A stretch of DNA of 64,000 nucleotides from the human T2T-CHM13v2.0 reference genome, Homo sapiens: the NCBI RefSeq assembly GCF_009914755.1, contig NC_060941.1; one strand, 5' to 3'. The notes beneath the pieces are model-generated. The model ran no database searches and was not told the origin of the DNA. It saw only the letters and a program-made list of their open reading frames with translations. A program made the translations under genes and the position numbers. Below are positions 21,235 through 46,889 of the stretch, piece by piece. Numbering within the stretch: position 1 is the stretch's first letter; each line of letters begins with the position of its first letter.

Positions 21235-22205
21235 GACTAGGTGAAGCTCAGGATTTTGGGGAGGGTGAAACTACTCTGTATGATATTATAATGCAGATAC
21301 ATGCACGTCATTTTACATTTGTCCAAGCCCATAACGTACGATACCAAGAGTGAACCTTAATATAAACTATGGGCTTTGAGTGATGATGTTGTACAGGCCC
21401 ATTGATGGTAATGTTACTGGAAAGGGGTCCCAGTTCTGACCCCGACAGAGGGTTCTTGGATCTCGCACAAGAAAGAATTTGAAGCCAAGCCATAGAGGAA
21501 AGTGAAAGCAAGTTTATTAGGAAAGTAAAGGAATAAAGAATGGCTGTTCCATAGGCAGAACAGCCCCGAGGTCTGCTAGCTGGCAACTTTTATGGTCATT
21601 TCCTGATTATATGCTAAACCAGGGATGGATTATTCATGAGTTTTCTGGAAAGGAGTGGGCAATTCCTGGAACTGAGGGTTCCTTCCTTTTTTAGACCATA
21701 TAGGGTAACTTCTGGACATTGCCATGGCATTTGTAAGCTGTCATGCCACTGATGGGAGTGTCTTTTAGCATGCTAATACATTATAATGAGCATGTAATGA
21801 GCAATGAGGATGACCAGAGATCACTTTCATCCCCATCTTGGTTTTGGTGGGATTTGACCAGCTTCTTTACCACATCATTTTATCAGCAAGGTCTTTGTGA
21901 CCTGTATCTTGTGCCGACCTCCTATCTCATCCTGTGATTAAGAATGCCTTAACCTCCTGGGAATATAGCCAGTAGGTCTCAGCCAGCAGGTCTCAGCCTT
22001 ATTTTACCCAGCTCCTGTTCAAGATGGAGTAGCTCTCGTTCAAATGCCTCTGACAGTAACAAAGGTACCACTCGGGCGGGGGATATTGATAATGGGGGAG
22101 GCTGTCCTATATGGGGGCAATAGGTATATGAGAAGTCTCTGTATCTTCCTCAGTTTTGATGCAAACTTAAAACTGTTCTAAATTATTAAAGTCTATTGGA
22201 ATAAA
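21235..22205 (+). mobile_element. L1M 3' end hosting a MER41
   Basis: gtgaaactactctgtatgat...taaactatgggctttgagtgatgat | aacaaaggtaccactc...gataatgggggaggctg. Confidence 0.8.
21412..22055 (-). mobile_element. MER41(B-like) solo LTR, antisense
   Basis: Reverse-complement homologue of 16267-16890; TSD gtaa; GAS motif ttcctggaa at 21663-21671. Confidence 0.9.
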
Positions 22206-22502
22206 GAAAAATGCAAAGTGCTGGTACTAGTGCCTTAATTATAAAATGCCTTACCTACATTTCTCATAGCCCCAAAGTACTATCTCTCCATTGAGGACGA
22301 TCAGATAACCTTCTAATTAAAAGGTTGGGCCGGGCACGGTTGCTCATGCCTGTAATCCCAGCACTTTAGGAGGCTGAGGCGAGAGGATCACCTTAGGTCG
22401 GGAGTTCAAGATCAGCCTGGCCAACATAGCGAAACCCCGTCTCTACTAAAATACAAAAATTAGCCAGGCATGGTGCTGGGTGGCTGTAATCCCAGCTATT
22501 CA

Positions 22503-22610
<108 letters not shown>

Positions 22611-22706
22611 TCAAAAAACAAACAAACAAACAAACAAAAAAAGTTGCTGAAGAAACTAAAATACATCACAAAAAGCTCCCCCCACCTTTTTTTTTTTTTG
22701 AGATGA

Positions 22707-22892
<186 letters not shown>

Positions 22893-23554
22893 TGAACTCC
22901 TGACCTCGGATGATCCGCCTGCCTCGGCCTTCCAAAGTGCTAGGATTACAGGCGTCAGCCACTGCACCCAGCCTGCCCCGCTAATTTTTGTATTTTTAGT
23001 AGAGACAGGGTTTCGCCATGTTGGTCTGGGGCCAGGCTGGTCTTGAACTCCTGGCCTCAAGTGATTCCCCCAAAGTGCTAGGAAAACAGGCATGAGCTAC
23101 CATGCCCAGCCCAAATCACTTATTTTTCATATAAATTAGAGTGTATTCTAGATTATCTTTATATCATCACTCACATTCGTTGACTCATTCAACAAACATT
23201 TATGGAGTGCCCACACACATGAACAAAGCAAAGCACCTGCCCTTGGAAAGCTTATGCTCTTAAACAACAGACTGGTAAACAAATATATAACCTAGTGCAG
23301 GGTAGCAGTAAGTGCAAGGTAAGGAGACAGTTACCCAGGTGACCCAAGATAGTTTTACTAAGGAATGTAAATAGTACATTTTGGGTGGAGACTTTATGGA
23401 GTAAGAGGGAGTCATGCAAAAATCAGAAGGAAGGCCAGGTGTTGTGGCTCAAGCCTGTAATCCCAGAAGTTTGGGAGGCCAAGGCAAGTGGACCACTTGA
23501 GGCCAGGAGTTCGAGACCAGCCTGGCCAACACAGTGAAACCCCGTATCTACTTA

Positions 23555-23710
<156 letters not shown>

Positions 23711-23906
23711 TTAAAACACAACAAACAAACAAAAAAATCTAAAGGAAGGGAACCAGCACACCAACCCTGAGGTGGTGTATGAGTTAGGAGGATTTTTGCC
23801 CTTGGCAGTACAATATCCACTGAAGGATGGCTTAGGCCATACATCCACCTACTAGGTACCACAAAAATAATAAATAAAATAAAATAAAATAAAGAATGGG
23901 TTAGGC

Positions 23907-25243
<1,337 letters not shown>

Positions 25244-25515
25244 GCTTAACCAGTAAGGATATGTATGACTTCACATAATCAGAGGTTCAAAGGCAGAGGC
25301 ATGGGTTCCGGGTTAAACGCAGGGGCTCAACCATGCCACTGAAGACCGAGGTACTTTCCAGCTTTCCAACTGTCCATTTGGCCACACTCAGCATGTCAGC
25401 AGCATCCCTCGCTGTGGTCAAAAGATGGCTGAGCAGTTCCAGGCATCACAGATAAGCATGCAGCTAGCCAAGAAAGGCATTTCCTCCCATGAGTGTCCTT
25501 GCACTAGGGGAGCTA

Positions 25516-26335
<820 letters not shown>

Positions 26336-26772
26336 AGTCATTTGCAAATGTGGGTACTTGAATCATTACAGGTAACAGATTACCTCTGATATAGCTCAAA
26401 TGAGAGAGGCTTTTACATCTACTAAGACACTAAGTATTTTCGGGCAGGGCACAGTGGCTCACGCCTGTAATCCCAGCACTTTGGGAGGCTGCAGTGGGAA
26501 GATCGCTTGAGCCCAGGAGTTCGAAACCAGATGGGCAACATAGTGAAGCCTTATCTCTACAAAAAAAATGTACAAAAGAATTAGCTGGGGGTGGTGGTGT
26601 GTGCACAGAGGTGGGAGGATCCTGGGTAGAGCCTGGGTGGTAGAGGCTGCAGTGAGCCAAGATCATGCCACTGCACTCCAAGGCGAGACCTTATCTTAAA
26701 TAAAAAAAAAAAAAAAAAGATGGGAGCCGGCCTGTAATCCCAGCACTTTCGGAGGCCGAGGCAGGTGGATCA

Positions 26773-27044
<272 letters not shown>

Positions 27045-27220
27045 CTAATGGTCGAATTCATTTGCAAAAATTTTCATTCACAGTCACTTATTCTTTACAA
27101 CTAAGTCAGCTAGGGAGGGACAGATCATCTATTTGCATGAAAGCAAGGGGGAAACCAGGGCAGTGCTATGTACTGAACTGTTTCACACTATCACAAATAA
27201 AATTGCAGGTTGAGCCTCAC

Positions 27221-27222
<2 letters not shown>

Positions 27223-27265
<43 letters not shown>

Positions 27266-27268
27266 GCA
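27223..27268. repeat. (CA)n microsatellite running into an alternating purine-pyrimidine tract
   Basis: (CA)17 followed by cgtgcgcacgca. Confidence 0.95.
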
Positions 27269-29342
27269 GAGTATCAGGAAATAGCCTGTCCGTTTTGGCT
27301 GCAGACGCAGGGATTTTGGTTTCCTTGGCTTCTGAGCTGTTCTTGGAGCGGGGCCATCTAGGGAAACTGAGCAAGTACACGGGGCCATCAAACTTGGGCT
27401 GGATCCATCAGGCACACAAAAAACACTCTCCAGCTCTCTCCCCGAAGTGGAGCAGACAAAAGTGCTGTTGATGCTGAAGCTGCAGAAAGCTTCAGAAGGC
27501 CCCGTGGGAGGAAGCTTGGCACGAGAGGCGAGCAGCTCCAACTGACCCTGGAAGGGAGCAGCAGGCTGGGGTGAGATCCAGACTCCGCTCAGATCGGAAT
27601 GCCTGCACCCTTTGCCTTGCCTCACTGTGAAGGAGAGAAACGGTCTGCCTGGTAGGTTTCCCCTGGTGTCTGAGAAATTTTCTCAAAAAAAAACACCTCC
27701 CACCACCCATGGAAAAAATGCTCATGATACAGTGTTGAATGAAAAAGTCAAGATTATATATATACATCTATCTATCTATCTTTTTTTTGGAGACAGTCTT
27801 ACTCTGTCGCCCAGGCTGGAGTGCAGTGACACCATCTCGGCTCACTGCAACCTCTGCCTCTCTGGGTTCAAGTGATTCTCTTGCCTCAGTCTCCCGAGTA
27901 GCTGGGATTACAGGTGCACATCACCATATCCAGCTAATTTTTGTATTTTTTATAGAGATGGGGTTTCACCATGTTGCCCAGGCTGGTCTCAAACTCCTGA
28001 GCTCAGGTGATCTGCCCACCTTGGCCTCCCAAAGTGGTAGGATTGCAGGCATGAGCCATCGCGCCTGGCTCTATCTATCTAATACCACCTATGTTAAAAA
28101 AAAAATAATAATTTTGCCAGGCATGGTGGTATGTGCCTGTAGTCCCAGCTACTCTGGAGGCTAAGTAGGGAGGATCCCTTGAGCCCAGGAATTTGAGGCC
28201 AGCCTGGGCAACATAGCAAGACCCCGTTCCATTAAAAAAAATTTTTTTTAAAGTATGCATTGAAAAACAAGGCCAGAAGGAAATACAATACAATATTATC
28301 AGTGATGTTCTCTGGGTGGTTGGATAACAGGTCATTTTGTATTTCTTCTTGACATTTTTCTACAGCTTTTAAATTTTCCTCCAGCTAGGATGTGTTTTTT
28401 GATTATCATAAATAGACCTTATAATAATAATGGACACCACCCCAAACTCCACCAACCCAGTGGCCCCTCAGCCTGGGGGAAGGTGTGGGCTGTGGAAAAA
28501 TGGGTGGGGAATGCTCTTCAGAAATATTTGGCAGTTGCAATATGCTTGCTGCTGAGGGAAAACGCCTGGAAGGCCAGAGCTAGAGTACACCCCCTGCCTC
28601 TTTGCCTTTGAGTTTCCCTCCGTGTTACTCCGGTTTCCCAGACTATTGGCTTATTTAGCAAGAAATACAGTAGCAGATATTTTTCCCAGGCAATTGCAGT
28701 CCAAACTTCTAGAGCAAAACCAGCTTCTTGCCCCTACTCCCCGCCCCGTATTCCTCACCTGATCTTCTGAAAGACTTTTCTGTTTACTTTCCACAACTTT
28801 CGCAGCTGCCTCAACCTGTCTGGCACCTCTGAGAGAGTGGCCCACACTCCTGGGGTCCCGGCTGCTTTCTGGCTCAAGGCTCCTGACACCCATAAGCCCT
28901 CCCTCCTGCCTCCCCTGCCATGCTGGGACCACGTGGCTAACACCAGCTGCACTGTGGATAATGACATAGCCAGAGTCTGTCCCTTGGAAACATTTAGCGT
29001 GTTCCGCGGAGGAAAAACTTAGCTCATCTCAAGAAAGAGAAGAGAGTTAGGGACAGTGGATTCTACAGGACTCTATTTTTTGGCTGTTTTTTTTTTTTTT
29101 TTTTTTTTTTTTTTGAGACGGAGTCTCGCTGTCGCCCAGGCAGTGGTGTCGCCAGTGCAGTGGTGCGATCTCGGCTCACTGCAGGCTCCGCCCCCTGGGG
29201 TTCACGCCATTCTCTTGCCTCAGCCTCCCGAGTAGCTGGGACTACAGGCGCCCGCCACCTCGTCCGGCTAATTTTTTGTATTTTTAGTAGAGACGGGGTT
29301 TCACCGTGTTAGCCAGGATGGTCTCGATCTCCGACCTCGTGA

Positions 29343-29633
<291 letters not shown>

Positions 29634-30088
29634 TGATCCACACATCTTGGCCCATGCTGGGGTTACAGATGTGAGCCACCGTGCCCAGTCCTTTTTTTGT
29701 TATTTTAAATATCATTAGATTTTTGCAGCCCTTAATTTCCCAAAGAATGAATTTTCTTCACATGAATGGTGAGGCTGTCTCACAGCCACCTCACAGAAGC
29801 AGCATCATGCCTCTTCATAGCTTGGCATTAGTCACTTTCTCTGAATTCTCACTTTGCGGTTGGGGTGGGCTGGATGGAGCCTTAGAATGTGCCTAAGAGG
29901 GTGCCCCGGAGCTTTGGGAGAGGGACTCATATTTAAGAATAGAGTGAGGGCCCGGTGCGGCGGCTCACGCCTGTAATCCCAGCACTTTGGGAGGCCAAGA
30001 CAGGCAGATCACCTGAGGTCAAGAGTTTGAGAAGAGCCCAACTAACGTAGTGAAACCCCGACTCTACTAAAATTACAAAAATTAGCTA

Positions 30089-31074
<986 letters not shown>

Positions 31075-31328
31075 TGACCATGGGTGGTCTCGAACTCCTG
31101 GGCTCCAGCGATGTGCCCTCCTGGGCCTCCCACAGTGCTGGGATTGCAGGCGTGAGCCATGTGTCCAGCCTCCGCTGCTCTTGTCTTGGAGATGACGCCA
31201 ACCTTGGGGGAGGAACGTCTATCGTTCTACTTCTTCTTCCCCTTCTCCAACTGGGCTCCTTCCATTGCCCTATCCTCCCGAGTCAGAAAGGAAAATTCCC
31301 TAGGGCTCACCCCCTCCCTCTCCTGCAG

Positions 31329-31582
31329 GCCTGCGTCCCTTCCTGGGGCTGAAGCTTCTGGGCCTGCCCCAGGGTCCTGAACGGCTGACAACACACGGAT
31401 CAACTGGACCACTGGTGACCACAGAAAGGAGGCTGCAGCTGTTTCTTGCTACGCTTCGAGAGATCAAAGAGCGTGCGGAGCACTGGCCCGCTTCAAAGAA
31501 CAAGACCCAGGAGAGGAAGGGCCTCGCAGACCTCCTGACTCAAGGCGACCTCCTCCTGATTCAGGGCACCCTCCTGACTTAG
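31329..31582 (+). CDS. Candidate terminal coding exon, copy A (83 sense codons plus TAG), product unknown
   Basis: ctcac branch point, polypyrimidine tract and CAG acceptor; open frame; AATAAA at 31704-31709; synonymous-biased differences from copy B. Confidence 0.35.
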
Positions 31583-31701
31583 GGCACATTTAGGCTCCTG
31601 CAAAGGGAGCGCAGCCTGAGGCCGTGAACAGCGCCACCCCCTAGTGGCTTAGAAGGGCCATGCTAGTCTCTCCAGGAAGCCAGGTATCATTCGTTTCTTT
31701 A

Positions 31702-31854
<153 letters not shown>

Positions 31855-32317
31855 TTAAGCGTGGTGGCACACGCCTGTAATCCCAGCTACTCTAGAGGCT
31901 GAGGCAGGAGTAATCGCTTGAACCCAGGAGGTGGAAGTTGCAGTGAGCCAAAATCGCACCATTGCACTCCAGCCTGGGCGACAAGAGTGAAGCTCTGTCT
32001 CAACAACAACAAAAAACCAAACAATAAAGTATATATATATATAAAGTATATTTTAAAATATATATAACATATAAATATATATTTTTTAATACATATAAAT
32101 ATATTTTATTTGAACTCCTGACCTCAAATGATCCACCCAGCTCAGCCTCCCAAAGTGCTAGGATTACAGGCGTGAGCCACAGCGCATGGCCTTTTTGTTT
32201 TATAAAACTTTTTTTTTTTTTCTGAGACAGAGTCTTGTTCTGTTCCCCAGGCTGGGGTGCAGTGGCGCCATCCTTGACTCACTGCATCCTCGACCCCCTG
32301 GGCTCAAGTGATCCTCC

Positions 32318-33718
32318 TGAGAGGTGACAGCGTGCTGGCAGCCCTGGCTCGCTCTCTGCGCCTCCTCTGCCTGGGTCCCACTTTGGCGGCACTTGAGGAG
32401 CCCTTCAGCCCGCCGCTGCACTGTGGGAGACCCGTCCTGGGCTGGCCAAGACCGGAGCCGGCTTCCTCAGCTTGCCGGGAGGTGTGGAGGGAGAGGCGCA
32501 GGCAGGAACCGGGGCTGCGTGCGGCGCTTGCGGGCCAGCGCGAGTTCCGGGTGTGCGTGGGCTCGGCGGGCCCCGCACTCGGAGCGGCCCCCCAGCCCAC
32601 AAGCCCCAGGCATTGAGGGGCTTAGCACCTGGGCCAGCAGCTGCTGTGCTCGACTTCTCGCCAGGCCTTAGCTGGCTCCCCGCGGGGCAGGGCTCAGGAC
32701 CTGCAGCCCGCCATGCCTGAGCCTCCCCTCCCCGCCATGGATGGGTTCCTGCGCGGCTGGAGCCTTCCCAAGGATCGCCGCCCCCTGCTCCAGGGCGCCC
32801 AGTCCCATCGACCACCCAAGGGCTGAGGAGTGCGGCGGCACAGCACCGGACTGGTAGGCAGCTCCACCTGCGGCCTTGGTGCAGGATCCACTGGGTGAAG
32901 CCAGCTGGGCTCCTGAGTCTGGTGAGGACTTGGAGAACCTTTATGTCTAGCTAAGGGATTGTAAATACACCAATCGGCACTCTGTATCTAGCTCAAGGTT
33001 TGTAAACACACCAATCAGCACCCTGTGTCTAGCTCAGGGTTTGTGAATGCACCAATCAACACTCTGTATCTAGCTACTCTGGTGGGGACTTGGAGAACTT
33101 TTGTGTCCACACCCTGTATCTAGCTAATCTAGTGGGGATGTGGAGAACTTTTGTGTCTAGCTCAGGGATTGTAAACGCACCAATCAGCACCCTGTCAAAA
33201 CGGACCAATCAGCTCTCTGTAAAATGGACCAATCAGCAGGATGTGGGTGGGGCCAGATAAGGGAATAAAACTGCTTAAAACTGCTTGCCCGAGCCAAAAG
33301 TGGCAACCCGCTGGGGTTGGTGTCCATGCTATGGAAGCCTTGTTCTTTCACTCTGCAATAAATATTACTGCTGCTCACTTTTTGGGTCCACTCTGCCTTT
33401 ATGAGCTGTAACACTCACCGGGAAGATCTACAACTTCACTCCTTGAGCCAGGGAGACCACGAACCCCTCGGGGAAGGAACGAAGAATTCCAGACGCACCG
33501 TCTTAAGAGCTGTAACGCTCACCGCGAAGGTCTGCAGCTTCACTTCTGAGCCAGCGAGACCACGAACCCACCAGATGGAAGAAACTCCAAACACATCCGA
33601 ACATCAGAAGGAACAAACTCCGGACACACTGCCTTTAAGAACTATAACACTCACCGCGAGGGTCTGCGGCTTCATTCTTTAAGTCAGTGAGACCAAGAAC
33701 CCACCAATTCTGGACACA
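32318..33718 (+). mobile_element. LTR12C (ERV9) solo LTR inserted in an AluJ
   Basis: tgagaggtgacagcgtgctggcag start, CpG-rich 5' part, repeated CCAAT units, ends ccaattctggacaca; flanks cctcc/cttcc. Confidence 0.96.
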
Positions 33719-34862
33719 CTTCCACCTCAGTTTCCTGAGTAGTTGGGACCACAGGTGTGCACCACCACGTCTGGATAATTGTTATATTTGTTTTGCAGAG
33801 AAGGTTTCACCGCATTGCCCACGCTGGCTTCAAACTCCTGTGCTCAAGGAATCCACCCACCTCAGCCTCCCAAAGTGCTGAGATTACCATTGTAACCCAG
33901 TGCCTGGCCCTAGAAAAGTGTTTTGTAGCTGGGCAACATAGCAAAACCTCGTCTCTATAAAATAAACATTTTAAAACCAGCCACCATGGTGGGACATGCC
34001 TGCAATCACAGCTACTAAAGGGGCTCCAGGATCACTTGAGCCTAAGTGTTCGATGCTGCTGCAGCCTAGGTGACAGAGTGAGACCCTGTCTCCAAACCAA
34101 ATATATATTTATATACATCTATATGTTATATAAAATTACATATTTTTATATATTTTATATATATATATATATATTTTGAGATGGAGTCTCACCCTGCCGC
34201 CCAGGCTGGAGTGAAATGGTGCAATCTCAGCTCACTACAGCCTCCGCCTCCCAGGTTCAAGCAATTCGTCTGCCTCAGCCTCCCAAGTAACGGATTACAT
34301 GCACCTGCCATCACGTCTGGCTAATTTTTTTTGTATTTTTAGTAGAGACGGGGTTTCACCATATTGGCCAGGCTGGTCTCAAACTCCTGACCTCATGATC
34401 CGCCCGCCTCAGCCTTCCAAAGTGCTGGGATTGCAGGCGTGAGCCACCGCACCCGGCCACCCATTCCAATGAACTCACCGCAAATTCAGTCCTTCATGTC
34501 TCAGATCCCTCCTGAGACATCGCCGTGACCACCTCCACTGGCTTTGTAGTGGTTTATCCGTGGGCCTTGGACAAGCCCCTATACCTCCTGGAGCCTATGT
34601 CTATCTCATTTGTAAAAGTAGGAGATGGGACAAGGTGAGTCGCTCCTGAGGGCTCTGACACCCTCCAAGCCCATGAGACGCAGAGGGGAGACACAGATGA
34701 TTTTTGTTTCTCACTATCAATAAGCTCTTTAGTGACCCTCACTCCCTGGGCAAAAGAATAAAAATCATACATGTAATGAAAAAAAGGCCAGAGAAACATT
34801 GCCCTATCCTCCGGGGTCACAAAGGAAAATTCCCTAGGGCTCGCCCCCTCCCTCTTCTGCAG

Positions 34863-35086
34863 GCCTGCGTCCCTTCCTGGGGCTGAAGCTTCTGGGCCTG
34901 CCCCAGGGTCCTGAACGGCTAACAACATACGGGTCAACTGGACCACTGGTGACCACAGAAAGGAGGCTGCAGCTGTTTCTTGCTACCCTTTGAGAGATCA
35001 AAGAGCGTGCCGAGCACTGGCCCGCTTCGGAGAACAAGACCCAGGAGAGGAAGGGCCTCGCAGACCTCCTGACTCAGGGCGCTTAA
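34863..35086 (+). pseudogene. Copy B of the candidate exon, with an in-frame CGA>TGA stop at 34991
   Basis: 31263-31546 and 34797-35080 are about 95% identical; the duplication is certain, coding ancestry is inferred. Confidence 0.35.
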
Positions 35087-35234
35087 TGAGCAGAAAAGCT
35101 GGGTTATCTCCAAAGATTGAAAACCATCCTCTGCCCCAAGTCATTTAATACAGCCCACTCAAGGGAAATAACTTACCCAGAATTCCACCACACACCATTC
35201 ATCAACTCAACAGACATGTGCAATCGCACACCCA

Positions 35235-38120
<2,886 letters not shown>

Positions 38121-38153
38121 TAGAGACGGGGTTTCGCCATGTTGCCTAGGCTG

Positions 38154-38525
<372 letters not shown>

Positions 38526-38781
38526 TTAAATAAAGCCAGGGGCCCGAATGAGAAGATCTGGGGAGAGGCTGTGGACAAGAAAGAGAAGAGGCCGAGGAGA
38601 GTCCCTGGCACCCTGCAACAGCGACAGGTCTGGTGGTGGTGGTGGTGGAGCAGCCATTGCATACGGTGTGGTGGCAACTGGCACAGAAGCCTAGAGAGGA
38701 AAGTGTTTCAGGTGGGGCACAGTGGCTCCTGTAATCCCAGCACTTTGGGAGGCCAAGGTGGGTGTGGATCAGCTGAAGTCA

Positions 38782-38994
<213 letters not shown>

Positions 38995-39458
38995 TCAAAA
39001 AAGAAAGAAAGAATTTCAGTAAGGCAGTGGTTAACCAAGACTAGGGCTGCTGAGAGATGGGAATAGGACACCCGGCCACTGGACGTGATTGGATGGAGGG
39101 TGTCAGTCCCCTTGAAAGAGTCATTTCAGGCCGGGCACGGTGGCTCACGCCTGTAATCCCAACACTTTGGGAGGCCGAGGCAGGCAGATCACGAGGTCAG
39201 GAGATTGAGACCATCCTGGCCAACATGGTGAAACCCCGTCTCTACTAAAAATACAAAAATTAGCTGGGGGTGGTGGTGCGCGACTGTAATCTCAGCTGCT
39301 AGGGAGGCTAAGGCAGGAGAATCTCTTGAACCCAGGAGTCAGAGGTTGCAGTGAGCCAAGATCGAGCCACTGCACTGTAGCCTGGTGACAGAGCAAGACT
39401 CCATCTCGAAAAAAAAAAAAAACAGTCATTTCATATGAATGGTAGACACCAAAGCTAG

Positions 39459-39959
<501 letters not shown>

Positions 39960-40052
39960 TGACAATCCCAAGATCTCAGTATTCTATCGATCACTAGGAA
40001 GATGTACAGATGGCTTAATTTAAAGACAGTATAATCGTGTGGAAAATAGCAA

Positions 40053-40830
<778 letters not shown>

Positions 40831-42176
40831 GGCAAGACACGGTGTGGCCGTGCAAGCTTTAAGTTGTTTGAAGTCTACGCGGAAGAGGTAGTTGGAAAAG
40901 TAACAGATGGGGCTGAAAAGGCCTGAGGTGGTGCATGAGAGGTATTGATGTATCATCTGAACAATAATTGGAACTGTCATTCTAAAGAATACAACAGCCA
41001 GAAATGTCAGTAAGACCTTGTGTCTTTCAGAGAACAACGGAACCATGATGTGTGTTCAGGGGTGTTTACAGCAGCACTGCTTGTAATAGGAAAAAAAAAA
41101 ATCACAATCAAGAACAATGGGAAAAAGCATTCAAACAATGGGGACTGGTTAATAAGTGATGGTATTTAATACACTAAAGAATCTAAGCCTTCAGTGAAAA
41201 GAAGGATGATGAGGGGTGGGGAGCAAAAAGGAGGGACGGGAAGAAGAGTTTACAAAGGGACACCAGGAAAGTTCTGGGGGTCACAGATATGTCCACTGTT
41301 GACATTGGTGAGAGTTTTATGGGTGTATACAGATGTAAAAACTCAAGAAGTGTACACTTTAAATAGTGAAGTTTATTATATGTTTATCATACCCCAAATA
41401 AAACTATTAAAATAATAAAAATAAAAATTTTAAAATGATAAAACCTGGAAACCACCATTCAATCAGTAGGGGATTGGTGAATAAATGGTGGTATTTAATA
41501 CATGAAAAATTTAGGCCAGCCACGGTGGCTCATGCCTATAATCCCAGCACTTTGGGAGGCCGAGGCGGGCACATCACTTGAGGTCAGGAGTTCGAGACCA
41601 GCCTGGCCAACAGGAGAAACCCTGTCTCTACTAAAAATGCAAATATCAGCTGGGCGTGGCAATGCACACCTGTAGTCCCAGGTACTCGGGAGGCTGAGGG
41701 AGGAGAATCATTTGAGGTTGCAGTGAGCAAAGACCATGCCACTGCACTCCAGCCTTGGTGACAGAGCGAGACTTTGTCTCAAAAAAAAAAAAAAAAGAAA
41801 AAAAAAGCATCCATTAAGAAGGAGGAAGACGGGTACAAGGAGATTTGGACACATCCCCCAAGACATATTAAATGAAAAAAGCAAAGTACAGAACGATGCA
41901 TCTAAGATAGTCTCTTTTGTGTTCAGTTTTAGAGATTTACACATGTGGGCAGGCTAGAACATTTGGGGCTAGAACACAACAGAAAACGAGCCAGGCCTGT
42001 AATCCCAGCACTTTGGGAGGCCGAGGAGGGCAGATCATGAGGTCAGGAGATCAAGACCAGCCTGGCTAACACGGTGAAACCCCATCTCTACTAAAAATAT
42101 AAAACATTAGCTGGGTGTGGTGGCAGATGCCTGTAATCCCAGCTACTCGGGAGGCTGAGGCAGGAGAATCGCTTGA

Positions 42177-42440
<264 letters not shown>

Positions 42441-42672
42441 TAGCCAGGATGGTCTCGATCTGCTGACCTCATGATCCGCCCGCCTCTGCCTCCCAAAGTG
42501 CTGGGATTACAGGCGGGAGCCACCGCGCCCGGCCCATGCTTCCATATTTTTATGCAGCAAGAAGGAGTGAAAAGCTAGCTCCCCAATCATAGAACAGAAA
42601 CCTTTCCTCTGGGTTTGATTGGACCAACATAGAGTCTAATCTAACTGAAGTCAAACCTGTGATTGAAGGTAG

Positions 42673-43462
<790 letters not shown>

Positions 43463-43710
43463 GTAGGATCCCACTACTTGTGAGAGGAAAAAGAATACCA
43501 GGTAGGCAATGAGCAGAATCTACTACTGGTACATTCCTAAAATTTTTTTGTAAAAGATATTTGAGAACTTGGCCAGGTGCAGTGACTCATGTCTATAATC
43601 CCAGCACTTTGGGAGGCTGAGCCGGGTGGATCACTTGAGCTCAGGAGTTGAAGATCAGCCTGGGCAACATGGCGAAACCTCATCTCTACAAAATATACAA
43701 AAATTAGTCA

Positions 43711-44255
<545 letters not shown>

Positions 44256-44519
44256 TTATACAGTCCTGTATAATTCGATTTGTTTTACAGTTTTTTTTAA
44301 AATTCAGACTTAACTGTGTGGTAGAATTATAGGCCCTTTTAGTTTTCATTCTTTTATACCATCTGCATTAGAAAAAGAGAGAGAAAAAAATTCCTACAAA
44401 AAGAAAAATTGCGAATGGGATTAAAGAAAATGTTTGCAGGTAAGAATTGGTGTGCAGTTATATGAAGATTAGAATTAGAGCTATGTAATAAATGAGTTTA
44501 TTCAGTAAGTTTAATATTT

Positions 44520-45348
<829 letters not shown>

Positions 45349-45536
45349 TTATGCACTCTGTGTTATGGATAGACAAATGCTCTGTTCAGACAACATAATT
45401 AAACCTGTGTGATAACCAAACACGTGGCATAATGAGGAACTGAAAGCAAATTTGCACAATAAACATCAAAAGAAAAAAAATTAATGTAAATATTAAAACA
45501 GGCTAGGCCTAGGCGACAGAGCGAGACTCCGTCTCA

Positions 45537-45866
<330 letters not shown>

Positions 45867-46211
45867 CTAAATCCAGTGTTTCACAGATGAACAGCTATGA
45901 CTTCATGATATTCCAGCCCAAAGTCCTACTTTCTCTTCTTTGCTGCTGCCAAGTTGATAGTTTCCTAGATGAACAGTGTGGGGAGTTGGACTGAACAGCT
46001 CATCAGAATTCACTCGATGTGAACAGCCAATCTGAATTAATCAGATCTAAACTCATCACTCCCTGTGTTTGATTCCCCTCCAAGAGCACAGTGAAGGAGA
46101 AAAAGTGAGTACTAAGTTATTCAGCTAATTCATTTTAAGAAGTGTGGGCAAACATATACATGATATATGTTGTCAGGAAACAAACGAGGCATATGACAGT
46201 CCTTTCCCTCA

Positions 46212-46415
<204 letters not shown>

Positions 46416-46889
46416 TCAGCTACTTGGGAGGCTGAGGCAAGAGACTTACTTGAGCCTGGGAGGCAGAGTTTGCAGTGAGCTGAGATCACACCACTGCACT
46501 CCAGGCTTCCAGCCTGAGCAACAGAACTAGACTTAATGCCAAGAGGCCAGGCACTGGTAGATACTGACATGGGGGAAAAGGGAGGGGAACAAGGAGGTGC
46601 TGTGGTTCACACCTGTAATCTTAGCACTTTGGGAGACCAGAGCAGGAAGATCACTTGAGGCCAGGAGTTCAAGACCAGACTGGACACCATAGCGAGACCC
46701 CATCTCTACAAAAAATTAAAAATAAAAAAATTAGCCAGGTATGATGGCGTGCACCTGTAGTCCCAGCTATTTAGGAAGTTGAGGCAGAAGGGTTGCTTGA
46801 GCCAAGGAGTTTGAAGTTGCAGTGAGCCGTGATGACACCACTGCACTCCAGCCTGGGCAACAAGAGTGAGACCCTAACTCTAAAAAAGA

